NCBI GenBank assembly: GCA_032718475.1
Contig: JAUCBJ010001759.1
Coordinates: 1-51,234 of the forward strand
Direction: 5' to 3'
Length of the DNA: 51,234 nucleotides
Origin: Nemertoderma westbladi
Lineage: Eukaryota > Animalia > Xenacoelomorpha
Positions 35,443 through 48,510 of this stretch are shown here, in pieces (the stretch's first letter is position 1; every line of letters starts with the position of its first letter). A program made the position numbers and the translations under genes. The notes below the pieces were generated by a model. It saw nothing but the letters and a program-made list of their open reading frames with translations, was not told the origin of the DNA and ran no database searches.

Positions 35443-35712
35443 GTTCAATTCAATTCAATTTATTTATTTATTTCCATAGATTGCATAATGATTGACGTGG
35501 GCCCCATAGCATAGCTAGTGTAGGGCACCACGTCAATCAGCATAATGAATGCACTACGTAATATACAATACACATTAATTAATTAATGAATACGCCTACC
35601 GTAGATACTGCCTCAACAATGCGCATCCAGCAAGACTGGTTATTAGTGTTCACATTGGCGCCGCACGACACAGATGAGCTGGATTAGCCAGAGCCGGCAG
35701 GCCGGACTCATA

Positions 35713-35744
<32 letters not shown>

Positions 35745-38540
35745 AGGCCGGACTCATAAAATGCCTTTATAATTTCTTAGGATGAAATTGAGAGCATTGC
35801 AATCCCTGATACATATTGCCACTATTCAATCTCACTACCCCACTACCCCATCAGATGTGATTTTAATCGTTTAGAGAAAGTAATTTTGGACTTTATATTT
35901 CGTATTTCTTCAGATAATTCATTCCATAGTTTTGTTCCTTGATATTTAAATGACCTTCGGGCAACTTGAAGCCTAACAGAAGGTACCCAGAAATTTCCCC
36001 TAGAGGCGAACCGCGTGTTGTGACTATGGACGGTACTCGCAGGTACAAAGCGCCCCTCCAATGCAGCCACCCCCTCTTTATTATGTATATCGAACATCGC
36101 CCTACCGACGGTGAAGATATACAATTCCTCCAAAGGTAATATAGATAAATCACGGTAAAGTGGACGCGAACTTGCCTGCCAGTTATTGTTCTAAGAACCT
36201 TGTTTACACAAACTCGGATAGGTTTAAGATATGAACTGAAAGTATTTCCCCAGACTACGATACCATACTGCAAATAAGGGTTTATAAGAGAATAGTACAA
36301 AGTTCGTAAAATACACATCGGGAGTAAATAACGCAGTCTGAAAAAAATTCCTACTGAACGGGCTATCTTCTTTAAAATGTAGGATGTATGCGATCGCCAG
36401 GACATATCTGAATCGATTAAGATACCCAAGTATTTAACTGTAGATTTTAATCTTAATTCTGTATTTTTAATTTTAACCTTAGGTGCTGAAGAATAATCTA
36501 GAGACAAGTTAGAAAATAACGAATATTCAGTTTTTTTTAAATTTAGGGATAATTTATTTGTATTAAGCCATTCTACCACTTTACCTAACTCATTATTTAC
36601 ATTAGCTATCAGATCACCAACCGATTTACCACTGGCAGACAAGCTCGTGTCATCGGCAAATAGTACAGTATTTAGGTTACTACACAACGGAAGATCATTT
36701 ACATATAGAATAAAGAGGAGGGGGCCTAATATGGAGCCTTGTGGGACGCCTAACTGGATATCGCGCAAAGAGGAGTAGTGGTCGCCGACTACTACATACT
36801 GCTTTCGGTTAGTAAGATATGATTTTAGTAAATCTAAAGGAGGCCCGCGGATACCATAAAGTTCGAGTTTATTTAGAAGAATTTTATGGGATAGTGTATC
36901 GAACGCCTTCTTCAAGTCGACGTAGATTACACAAGAAGATTCGTAATTGTCCAAGGTGTCTCGAATATTTTCGGTAATTTGTAATAAGGCATGGTATGTA
37001 GATAATTTTTTCCTAAATCCGTACTGGTTATTACAAAGAATTTTATATTTAGTTATGTATACAATTAATTGGTCATATATTACACGTTCTAGAACTTTAC
37101 TGACAATGCTTAGTATTGAAATAGGCCTATAGTTTGATGTGTCAGTGGGGTCTCCTCCCTTGTAAATTGGAACCACTCTAGCAATCTTCAAAAAGTCTGG
37201 AAAAGATGATGTACGTATACAGTTATTAATAAAAGGAGTTAGCTTATTCGCAATATGGAGTGAACCTATTTTTAATAATTTTATTGAAAATTCGTCATTA
37301 CTTGATTTATCGTCAGGTAGGTCCATAATTATTTTTTGTAGTTCCTCTGGAGAAATCTCTAAGAGAGCAAAAGAATTTAACTGCGGGGTTTTTATATAAA
37401 ATGATGGACTTTTATTAGTATCCTCGATTTCATTTGCTAGTGCTTGGCCCACTGAGGTATAAAACAAGTTAAAAGTCTCTGCAATTTTGTTTGGATTGGT
37501 TAGCTTAACGCCAGTATTTGGCTCTTTAATACAGATTGGTGAGGAGCGATCTGAACGTTTACTTAAGACTTGGTTTATTAGTCTCCAAGTTTTTTTAATA
37601 TTTTTTGAATGTAATTGGAATTGATTTGAAAAAAAAGCGCGTTCCCGTTGTTTTAATAAAGTTGACAATTTGTTACGGAATCGTTTATAGATCTCGTGGT
37701 TTCTTATTGATTTTATTTTTACATAATTGGAATATAATTTATGTTTAATATTAATTTTATTTACTAAGTCAGGAGTTAACCAAGGCTTACGTGGCGATTC
37801 TCTAAGGGGAACACATCGTTTTGGGGCATGGCGGTTAAATATTTTTTCTATATCGTGATAGCAGTTTTCAAAATCAGTATTAGTTAAGTTATTTGAAGTT
37901 GTAGTCCAGTTGTTTTCGTTGGAAAGATCGGCCACAAAAGCATTATTATCGAAGTTCGAAAAGTCATGTTTTATATGTTTTTTTTCGGCAAAAAAATCTC
38001 TAGAATCACGAAAAGCAGAAAAGATTGCGTAGTGGTCGGTGGTACCAATTTCAAGTGGGAAGACGCCACTTTGAATAATTTCTGAATATTTATTTGTAAT
38101 AAAATGATCAATACAAGAATTTGTACTCCTACAAACTCTAGTGGGCTTATCTATTAATTGTTGGTAACCGAAAGAATTGAGTATTTGCATGTAAGTAAAT
38201 TTAGATTTAGAGTTTACTAAGGTATTTATATTAAAGTCGCCATTTATCACAATATCGCAGTTTAATTGGTTTAATTTTGCAAGTTGATTATCTAAAATGT
38301 TGAAAAAATGGTCTAGCTGTATACTTTGAGATCTATAAATAGTGCCTACTATTAATTTTTTATTATGAATTTTGGAATTTATTTCCACCCATAAATTATC
38401 TATATCAGGCATTACTAAATCGGAACGTTGTACTGACTCCATATCATCCCTAACAAACATGGCAACGCCTCCCCGAACAGTATTACCACGATGTTGCAAA
38501 TAGGGCGCTTTATACCCAGGAATACCATACAGTTTACCAG
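35443..38540 (-). mobile_element. CR1/L2-group (Crack/Daphne-like) LINE, 5'-truncated, with near-intact APE-RT ORF2 (35893-38592) and a C-terminal frameshift (35843-36133)
   Basis: GGVAMFV, NGDFNIN, CIDHFI, TDHYAI, NYRPISIL, VDLKKAFD, GVPQGSILGPLLF, LFADDT. The 3' tail is AATAAA(TTGAA)n on the minus strand. The 3' UTR has a stem-loop and (GAGCCG)n. Confidence 0.93.
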
Positions 38541-38770
38541 ATGGAACAGTAATGATAAGATGGATGTTCGATAGTCTGATAGTAAGTTCCATAGGACTAT
38601 TATGAAAACTGGTAATAAATATACCTTAATATATGCAATATACAATGTACCCGCGGTACTGGTACTGGTACGGATTATTGGGACATTGCGTATCTAATAT
38701 AATATAAATGAACAGCTTATTACATAATTACCACTATATGTAGATATATATATATATGTATAGATATACG

Positions 38771-38873
38771 TTCGGGCTGAAGGGCCACTTTTGTATATCA
38801 AAAGTGGCCCTATTGCGACTTGGGGGGTATTAAAAAGTGGTCCTTTAGCCTCTTTTTGGCCCTTTAGCCCGAA
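38771..38873. repeat. ~100-bp foldback/MITE-like inverted repeat
   Basis: Outer arms TTCGGGCTGAAGGGCCA / TGGCCCTTTAGCCCGAA (one mismatch) and inner perfect hairpin GGGCCACTTTTG-TATAT-CAAAAGTGGCCC. Confidence 0.65.
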
Positions 38874-39085
38874 ACCGCAAACGGGCTTGGATGGCCCTTT
38901 GTGTATACGGTTCCTCTAAAAAGTTATTTATTTTTTTTAATATTAACACCCCGAGCGGGGTAACAGGTTATGTTTTATTTAATTAACTATTAGTATTATA
39001 CAGTGTAATTTAAAATACGAAATTAAAATAATTTAAAATATAATAGGTAAAAATAATACTAAAAGGGAATAATCCGAAGACAGAA

Positions 39086-39560
39086 CTAGAGGCTTCCTAG
39101 AAGGAATAGGTGAGGGCAACTCGCACATCTAATAGCATGGAGCCGGTCGGAAGCAGGACCCCCGCAGTAGATACAGGTGCAGGCATCCCCAAGTTCGTGA
39201 AAGGGGGTTTTATTTCGGCATATTTTCCAATGGAAACCATGGACAGTTACTCGAGTTATGAGGTGTCGATTCTTTTGGCCGGGAGAGCGCCACTGTGATG
39301 TTGTAAATGCAGGGCCTTCGGAATAATTTTCTGCAACAAATAAGCTTTCTTTTGTCTGGCGATGTAGTCGATATTGTTCTAGAACAGTAGGTTCAAACAT
39401 TGAAGGATAACGCAGTGACAAATCTTCTATGTATGTGTTCGTTGGAATCATTTTCAGGGCCACGGTGGAAGATGCATTTTTGGCAAACCAAGAAGACGTT
39501 TCACATAAGTTATAACAGGCCCTATTTGATGTGACTTCATAACAAATTTATCAAATTAGT
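39086..39560 (-). mobile_element. C-terminal fragment of a non-LTR retrotransposon ORF with a Cys/His domain
   Basis: RHLITRVTVHGFHWKIC...H...CTCIYC...H...C resembles C-termini recalled from invertebrate non-LTR RT proteins. The clade is not assignable here. Confidence 0.55.
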
Positions 39561-39802
39561 TGAGAAGGAAACGGGCCAAACTGAAAATTAGAAAAATAAC
39601 ATTAGGGCCATTATACAGTGACCCTTTTGAATCCAATTTGATCCTACAAATAAACTGAGATGAGAATTTGAGTGGCCCACTTGTTTCAAAATTGATTTAT
39701 TAAATAAAATGACCCGTGTAGTGCAAATTTATAAATATTATCTGTGCATTTCAATTTTACCCCGAAAGGGGGTGTACATTAAACTATTAAATAAAATGAC
39801 CC

Positions 39803-40525
39803 GAAGAAGCTAGCAGATGCACCGCTTCTACTAAATAAAGTGGAGAGGGCTGCCAAGGAGGTTGGATTGCTTATAAATGCTACTAAGACCGAATTCATGA
39901 CCTTTAATGTTGATGGAAACTTGACAACCATTGATAATAATTAACTACGGAAGGTCGATGACTTCCAGTACCTTGGATCATGGATAGAGAGTAGCAAAAA
40001 GGACATAGAAGTTAGGAAAGCAAAGGCTTGGGTAGCTCTATCAAAAATGGATACCATCTGGAAACCAGATCTCTCCAGGCACCTGAAGAGCCACAGTGGA
40101 ATTTGTATTTTTATACGGGGGTGAGACCTGGACACTGACTAAATCACTTGAACAACGAATTGAAGGTTGCTACACAAGACTACTAAGGGCAGCCCTAAAC
40201 ATCAGCTGGAGACAACACATGACAAACGCCGAGCTTTATGGTACAATACCACCTGTATCAACCTCCCTCCGTGAACGCAGATTAAGATTCAGTGGGCACT
40301 GCTGGCGAAGTAAAGACGAGGTCATACCAGATCTACTTCTCTGGCAACCAACTCATGGAAAGCGTAGTCGTGGACAACCGGCCATAACATATATAGATCA
40401 ACTTGAAAGGGATACTGAACTTGGGAGAAACGAAATTGCGACAACTATGGAGGATCGGGAAGCCTGGAAGGATCTCATTTCCACTGTCCGAGTTCGCTCG
40501 ACATAGTAGTAGTAGTAGTAGTAGT
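39803..40525 (+). mobile_element. RTE family B 5'-truncated copy
   Basis: GLLINATKTE, FQYLGSW, LYGGETWTLT, RRLRFSGHCWR, DREAW motifs and a (TAG)n tail at 40504-40525. Confidence 0.92.
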
Positions 40526-41029
40526 AAAAATACACCGAAAAAATATACAAAGGTTATGGGTAAAAGTCTTGGAAAATCTTAAATTGTGAAAAACGTCGTA
40601 TTAAACTTGGTGCAGCTTCATGCTATTGAAACTTGGTGATAGTGCAGAACACCAGGTTACCGTCTGAGTCCACACAGGAGTGGGACCGATTGGACGCAAA
40701 TGGTTCGCTGTTACTTTGCCCTCAAAACTATACGGTCGATCCTGACGAGCATGGGCATGAACCGTATAGCCAGCGGACAGAGTGCACAAGCACCATCGTA
40801 ACTGACAAGAGTCGGCCTATGGAGACACGGCTACTTTGCCCCCAAAACCAAATAGTTGGTCCTGGGACAAACTAGGTAGCCAGTGGACAGAGTGCGCAAG
40901 CGCTCTGGGGCTGGTTAGCCAGCGAAACTCAATCCTAGGCGGAGTAGTCTTACCTTCCTGGCGACCACAAAGCCTTATTAGGTCCCGGCCCAGCAACAAA
41001 GACGTCCTTGTTTTATATGTAAACATTAT

Positions 41030-41690
41030 TATGGTGTGTTAGCCTACGCTGACGATGTACTTTTACTTTGCCCTTCGGTGCTAGGTCTGCAATATATGAT
41101 TAATATTTGTCAACTTTTTTGCCGTTCCTTCAATTTACGACTGAGCACAAACGTTGACGCAGCGAAATGTAAATGTAAATGCATCCCATTTGGGTACGCA
41201 TGGAATCCGCCATTGCGGAAAATTTTGATTGGTGATATTTTGTTGCCATGGGTGAAAGATGCGATTCATTTAGGTATAACATTAGATTTCAAGTGCTCTT
41301 TGAATGTTGATATTTTACGTATAAGAGGCCAGTTTATTGGAAAGTTAAATAATATTAGACAGGATTTTGGTTTTGCCCACCCAAATAATATAACTTATAT
41401 TCAAAGGTTGTATGCTATGTCCTTTTATGGTAGTTGCACTTGGAACCTTAGATCCGAGGAATGTCGTTGGCTTTGAACCAGTTGGAATACAAACGTGAGA
41501 ATTGCGTGTCATCTTCATTTTAATGCACATAGGTTTATTGTTCAGGAAATTGTAGGTTTTTTACACCCTTGGGTTATACTATGTAAGAATATTGTTTCTT
41601 TTTGGAATTGTATTCGAAAATCAGATAGGCTGTGCGTTCAATATCTTGCTAATTTATTATCTCCGATTGTGGAAGTACAACCGGTAAATA
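41030..41690 (+). mobile_element. Non-LTR RT fragment (clade uncertain)
   Basis: AYADDVLLLCPSVLGLQYMINIC, LPWVKDAIHLG and SFYGSCTW, with frameshifts. It is truncated by the 51-bp satellite. Confidence 0.8.
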
Positions 41691-41704
41691 TATATATATA
41701 CTTA

Positions 41705-44700
41705 TGATAATATACAAAACGTTTAAACCAAACCAGTATTATAAACTAATTCAGTTGATAATATACAAAACGTTTAAACCAAACCAGTATTATAAACTAA
41801 TTCAGTTGATAATATACAAAACGTTTAAACCAAACCAGTATTATAAACTAATTCAGTTGATAATATACAAAACGTTTAAACCAAACCAGTATTATAAACT
41901 AATTCAGTTGATAATATACAAAACGTTTAAACCAAACCAGTATTATAAACTAATTCAGTTGATAATATACAAAACGTTTAAACCAAACCAGTATTATAAA
42001 CTAATTCAGTTGATAATATACAAAACGTTTAAACCAAACCAGTATTATAAACTAATTCAGTTGATAATATACAAAACGTTTAAACCAAACCAGTATTATA
42101 AACTAATTCAGTTGATAATATACAAAACGTTTAAACCAAACCAGTATTATAAACTAATTCAGTTGATAATATACAAAACGTTTAAACCAAACCAGTATTA
42201 TAAACTAATTCAGTTGATAATATACAAAACGTTTAAACCAAACCAGTATTATAAACTAATTCAGTTGATAATATACAAAACGTTTAAACCAAACCAGTAT
42301 TATAAACTAATTCAGTTGATAATATACAAAACGTTTAAACCAAACCAGTATTATAAACTAATTCAGTTGATAATATACAAAACGTTTAAACCAAACCAAT
42401 ATTATAAACTAATTCAGTTGATAATATACAAAACGATTAAACCAAACCAGTATTATAAACTAATTCAGTTGATAATATACAAAACGTTTAAACCAAACCA
42501 GTATTATAAACTAATTCAGTTGATAATATACAAAACGTTTAAACCAAACCAGTATTATAAACTAATTCAGTTGATAATATACAAAACGTTTAAACCAAAC
42601 CAGTATTATAAACTAATTCAGTTGATAATATACAAAACGTTTAAACCAAACCAGTATTATAAACTAATTCAGTTGATAATATACAAAACGTTTAAACCAA
42701 ACCAGTATTATAAACTAATTCAGTTGATAATATACAAAACGTTTAAACCAAACCAATATTATAAACTAATTCAGTTGATAATATACAAAACGTTTAAACC
42801 AAACCAGTATTATAAACTAATTCAGTTGATAATATACAAAACGTTTAAATCAAACCAGTATTATAAACTAATTCAGTTGATAATATACAAAACGTTTAAA
42901 CCAAACCAATATTATAAACTAATTCAGTTGATAATATACAAAACGTTTAAACCAAACCAGTATTATAAACTAATTCAGTTGATAATATACAAAACGTTTA
43001 AACCAAACCAGTATTATAAACTAATTCAGTTGATAATATACAAAACGATTAAACCAAACCAGTATTATAAACTAATTCAGTTGATAATATACAAAACGTT
43101 TAAACCAAACCAGTATTATAAACTAATTCAGTTGATAATATACAAAACGTTTAAACCAAACCAATATTATAAACTAATTCAGTTGATAATATACAAAACG
43201 TTTAAACCAAACCAGTATTATAAACTAATTCAGTTGATAATATACAAAACGTTTAAACCAAACCAGTATTATAAACTAATTCAGTTGATAATATACAAAA
43301 CGTTTAAACCAAACCAGTATTATAAACTAATTCAGTTGATAATATACAAAACGTTTAAACCAAACCAGTATTATAAACTAATTCAGTTGATAATATACAA
43401 AACGTTTAAACCAAACCAGTATTATAAACTAATTCAGTTGATAATATACAAAACGTTTAAACCAAACCAGTATTATAAACTAATTCAGTTGATAATATAC
43501 AAAACGTTTAAACCAAACCAGTATTATAAACTAATTCAGTTGATAATATACAAAACGTTTAAACCAAACCAGTATTATAAACTAATTCAGTTGATAATAT
43601 ACAAAACGTTTAAACCAAACCAGTATTATAAACTAATTCAGTTGATAATATACAAAACGTTTAAACCAAACCAGTATTATAAACTAATTCTATTGATAAT
43701 ATACAAAACGATTAAACCAAACCAGTATTATAAACTAATTCTATTGATAATATACAAAACGTTTAAACCAAACCAGTATTATAAACTAATTCAGTTGATA
43801 ATATACAAAACGTTTAAACCAAACCAGTATTATAAACTAATTCAGTTGATAATATACAAAACGTTTAAACCAAACCAGTATTATAAACTAATTCAGTTGA
43901 TAATATACAAAACGTTTAAACCAAACCAGTATTATAAACTAATTCAGTTGATAATATACAAAACGTTTAAACCAAACCAGTATTATAAACTAATTCAGTT
44001 GATAATATACAAAACGTTTAAACCAAACCAGTATTATAAACTAATTCAGTTGATAATATACAAAACGTTTAAACCAAACCAATATTATAAACTAATTCAG
44101 TTGATAATATACAAAACGTTTAAACCAAACCAGTATTATAAACTAATTCAGTTGATAATATACAAAACGTTTAAACCAAACCAGTATTATAAACTAATTC
44201 AGTTGATAATATACAAAACGTTTAAACCAAACCAGTATTATAAACTAATTCAGTTGATAATATACAAAACGTTTAAACCAAACCAGTATTATAAACTAAT
44301 TCAGTTGATAATATACAAAACGTTTAAACCAAACCAGTATTATAAACTAATTCAGTTGATAATATACAAAACGTTTAAACCAAACCAGTATTATAAACTA
44401 ATTCAGTTGATAATATACAAAACGTTTAAACCAAACCAGTATTATAAACTAATTCAGTTGATAATATACAAAACGTTTAAACCAAACCAGTATTATAAAC
44501 TAATTCAGTTGATAATATACAAAACGTTTAAACCAAACCAGTATTATAAACTAATTCAGTTGATAATATACAAAACGTTTAAACCAAACCAGTATTATAA
44601 ACTAATTCAGTTGATAATATACAAAACGTTTAAACCAAACCAGTATTATAAACTAATTCAGTTGATAATATACAAAACGTTTAAACCAAACCAGTATTAT

Positions 44701-47700
44701 AAACTAATTCAGTTGATAATATACAAAACGTTTAAACCAAACCAGTATTATAAACTAATTCAGTTGATAATATACAAAACGTTTAAACCAAACCAGTATT
44801 ATAAACTAATTCAGTTGATAATATACAAAACGTTTAAACCAAACCAATATTATAAACTAATTCAGTTGATAATATACAAAACGTTTAAACCAAACCAGTA
44901 TTATAAACTAATTCAGTTGATAATATACAAAACGTTTAAACCAAACCAGTATTATAAACTAATTCAGTTGATAATATACAAAACGTTTAAACCAAACCAG
45001 TATTATAAACTAATTCAGTTGATAATATACAAAACGTTTAAACCAAACCAGTATTATAAACTAATTCAGTTGACAATATACAAAACGTTTAAACCAAACC
45101 AGTATTATAAACTAATTCAGTTGATAATATACAAAACGTTTAAACCAAACCAGTATTATAAACTAATTCAGTTGATAATATACAAAACGTTTAAACCAAA
45201 CCAATATTATAAACTAATTCAGTTGATAATATACAAAACGTTTAAACCAAACCAGTATTATAAACTAATTCAGTTGATAATATACAAAACGATTAAACCA
45301 AACCAGTATTATAAACTAATTCAGTTGATAATATACAAAACGTTTAAACCAAACCAGTATTATAAACTAATTCAGTTGATAATATACAAAACGTTTAAAC
45401 CAAACCAATATTATAAACTAATTCAGTTGATAATATACAAAACGTTTAAACCAAACCAGTATTATAAACTAATTCAGTTGATAATATACAAAACGTTTAA
45501 ACCAAACCAGTATTATAAACTAATTCAGTTGATTATATACAAAACGTTTAAACCAAACCAGTATTATAAACTAATTCAGTTGATAATATACAAAACGTTT
45601 AAACCAAACCAGTATTATAAACTAATTCAGTTGATAATATACAAAACGTTTAAACCAAACCAGTATTATAAACTAATTCAGTTGATAATATACAAAACGT
45701 TTAAACCAAACCAGTATTATAAACTAATTCAGTTGATAATATACAAAACGTTTAAACCAAACCAGTATTATAAACTAATTCAGTTGATAATATACAAAAC
45801 GTTTAAACCAAACCAGTATTATAAACTAATTCAGTTGATAATATACAAAACGTTTAAACCAAACCAGTATTATAAACTAATTCAGTTGATAATATACAAA
45901 ACGTTTAAACCAAACCAGTATTATAAACTAATTCAGTTGATAATATACAAAACGTTTAAACCAAACCAGTATTATAAACTAATTCAGTTGATAATATACA
46001 AAACGTTTAAACCAAACCAGTATTATAAACTAATTCAGTTGATAATATACAAAACGTTTAAACCAAACCAGTATTATAAACTAATTCAGTTGATAATATA
46101 CAAAACGTTTAAACCAAACCAATATTATAAACTAATTCAGTTGATAATATACAAAACGTTTAAACCAAACCAGTATTATAAACTAATTCAGTTGATAATA
46201 TACAAAACGTTTAAACCAAACCAGTATTATAAACTAATTCAGTTGATAATATACAAAACGTTTAAACCAAACCAGTATTATAAACTAATTCAGTTGATAA
46301 TATACAAAACGTTTAAACCAAACCAGTATTATAAACTAATTCAGTTGACAATATACAAAACGTTTAAACCAAACCAGTATTATAAACTAATTCAGTTGAT
46401 AATATACAAAACGTTTAAACCAAACCAGTATTATAAACTAATTCAGTTGATAATATACAAAACGTTTAAACCAAACCAGTATTATAAACTAATTCAGTTG
46501 ATAATATACAAAACGTTTAAACCAAACCAGTATTATAAACTAATTCAGTTGATAATATACAAAACTTTTAAACCAAACCAGTATTATAAACTAATTCAGT
46601 TGATAATATACAAAACGTTTAAACCAAACCAGTATTATAAACTAATTCAGTTGATAATATACAAAACGTTTAAACCAAACCAGTATTATAAACTAATTCA
46701 GTTGATAATATACAAAACGTTTAAACCAAACCAGTATTATAAACTAATTCAGTTGATAATATACAAAACGTTTAAACCAAACCAGTATTATAAACTAATT
46801 CAGTTGATAATATACAAAACGTTTAAACCAAACCAGTATTATAAACTAATTCAGTTGATAATATACAAAACGTTTAAACCAAACCAGTATTATAAACTAA
46901 TTCAGTTGATAATATACAAAACGTTTAAACCAAACCAGTATTATAAACTAATTCAGTTGATAATATACAAAACGTTTAAACCAAACCAGTATTATAAACT
47001 AATTCAGTTGATAATATACAAAACGTTTAAACCAAACCAATATTATAAACTAATTCAGTTGATAATATACAAAACGATTAAACCAAACCAGTATTATAAA
47101 CTAATTCAGTTGATAATATACAAAACGTTTAAACCAAACCAGTATTATAAACTAATTCAGTTGATAATATACAAAACGTTTAAACCAAACCAGTATTATA
47201 AACTAATTCAGTTGATAATATACAAAACGTTTAAACCAAACCAGTATTATAAACTAATTCAGTTGATAATATACAAAACGTTTAAACCAAACCAGTATTA
47301 TAAACTAATTCAGTTGATAATATACAAAACGTTTAAACCAAACCAGTATTATAAACTAATTCAGTTGATAATATACAAAACGTTTAAACCAAACCAATAT
47401 TATAAACTAATTCAGTTGATAATATACAAAACGTTTAAACCAAACCAGTATTATAAACTAATTCAGTTGATAATATACAAAACGTTTAAACCAAACCAGT
47501 ATTATAAACTAATTCAGTTGATAATATACAAAACGTTTAAACCAAACCAGTATTATAAACTAATTCAGTTGATAATATACAAAACGTTTAAACCAAACCA
47601 GTATTATAAACTAATTCAGTTGATAATATACAAAACGTTTAAACCAAACCAATATTATAAACTAATTCAGTTGATAATATACAAAACGATTAAACCAAAC

Positions 47701-48126
47701 CAGTATTATAAACTAATTCAGTTGATAATATACAAAACGTTTAAACCAAACCAGTATTATAAACTAATTCAGTTGATAATATACAAAACGTTTAAACCAA
47801 ACCAGTATTATAAACTAATTCAGTTGATAATATACAAAACGTTTAAACCAAACCAGTATTATAAACTAATTCAGTTGATAATATACAAAACGTTTAAACC
47901 AAACCAGTATTATAAACTAATTCAGTTGATAATATACAAAACGTTTAAACCAAACCAGTATTATAAACTAATTCAGTTGATAATATACAAAACGTTTAAA
48001 CCAAACCAATATTATAAACTAATTCAGTTGATAATATACAAAACGTTTAAACCAAACCAGTATTATAAACTAATTCAGTTGATAATATACAAAACGTTTA
48101 AACCAAACCAGTATTATAAACTAATA
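41705..48126 (+). repeat. 51-bp AT-rich satellite (TGATAATATACAAAACGTTTAAACCAAACCAGTATTATAAACTAATTCAGT)n, ~126 units
   Basis: Directly visible, with a few recurrent single-base variants. Confidence 0.99.
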
Positions 48127-48324
48127 CAGTAATAGGTACAAATATCAGTATTATAAAACAGTAATAGGTACAAATATCAGTATTATAAATTATTTTGTTT
48201 TATAAACTATTATATTGGTTTTTGTACCGTACCATTATTTATCCACTTGTGTTTTGTAGGTACATTGATAATGTCATCAATCGGTGACGTATATATTTGT
48301 ATTATGAACTTATTAGATTAATTA

Positions 48325-48462
48325 AATCACTGGCTTATTACCTATTGCCTAACTAAATCTGTTAGTTTTCTACTGCCTAACTAAATCCATTGGCTTTCTA
48401 CTGCCTAACTAAATCTGTTAGCTTTCTATTGCCTAACTAAATCCATTGGCTTTCCATTGCCT
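48325..48462 (+). repeat. 28-bp minisatellite with alternating dimer structure just upstream of the acceptor
   Basis: TGCCTAACTAAATC occurs four times, followed alternately by TGTTAG and CATTGG. Confidence 0.85.
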
Positions 48463-48510
48463 TATCTTAATTGTTTATGCTTTTGTCTGACTATCTTTCT
48501 TCTATTTTAG

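Noticed and set aside
41704-48132. 2142-aa IIYKTFKPNQYYKLIQL repeat ORF
   Set aside because: Artefact of a 51-bp AT-rich tandem repeat within an intron.
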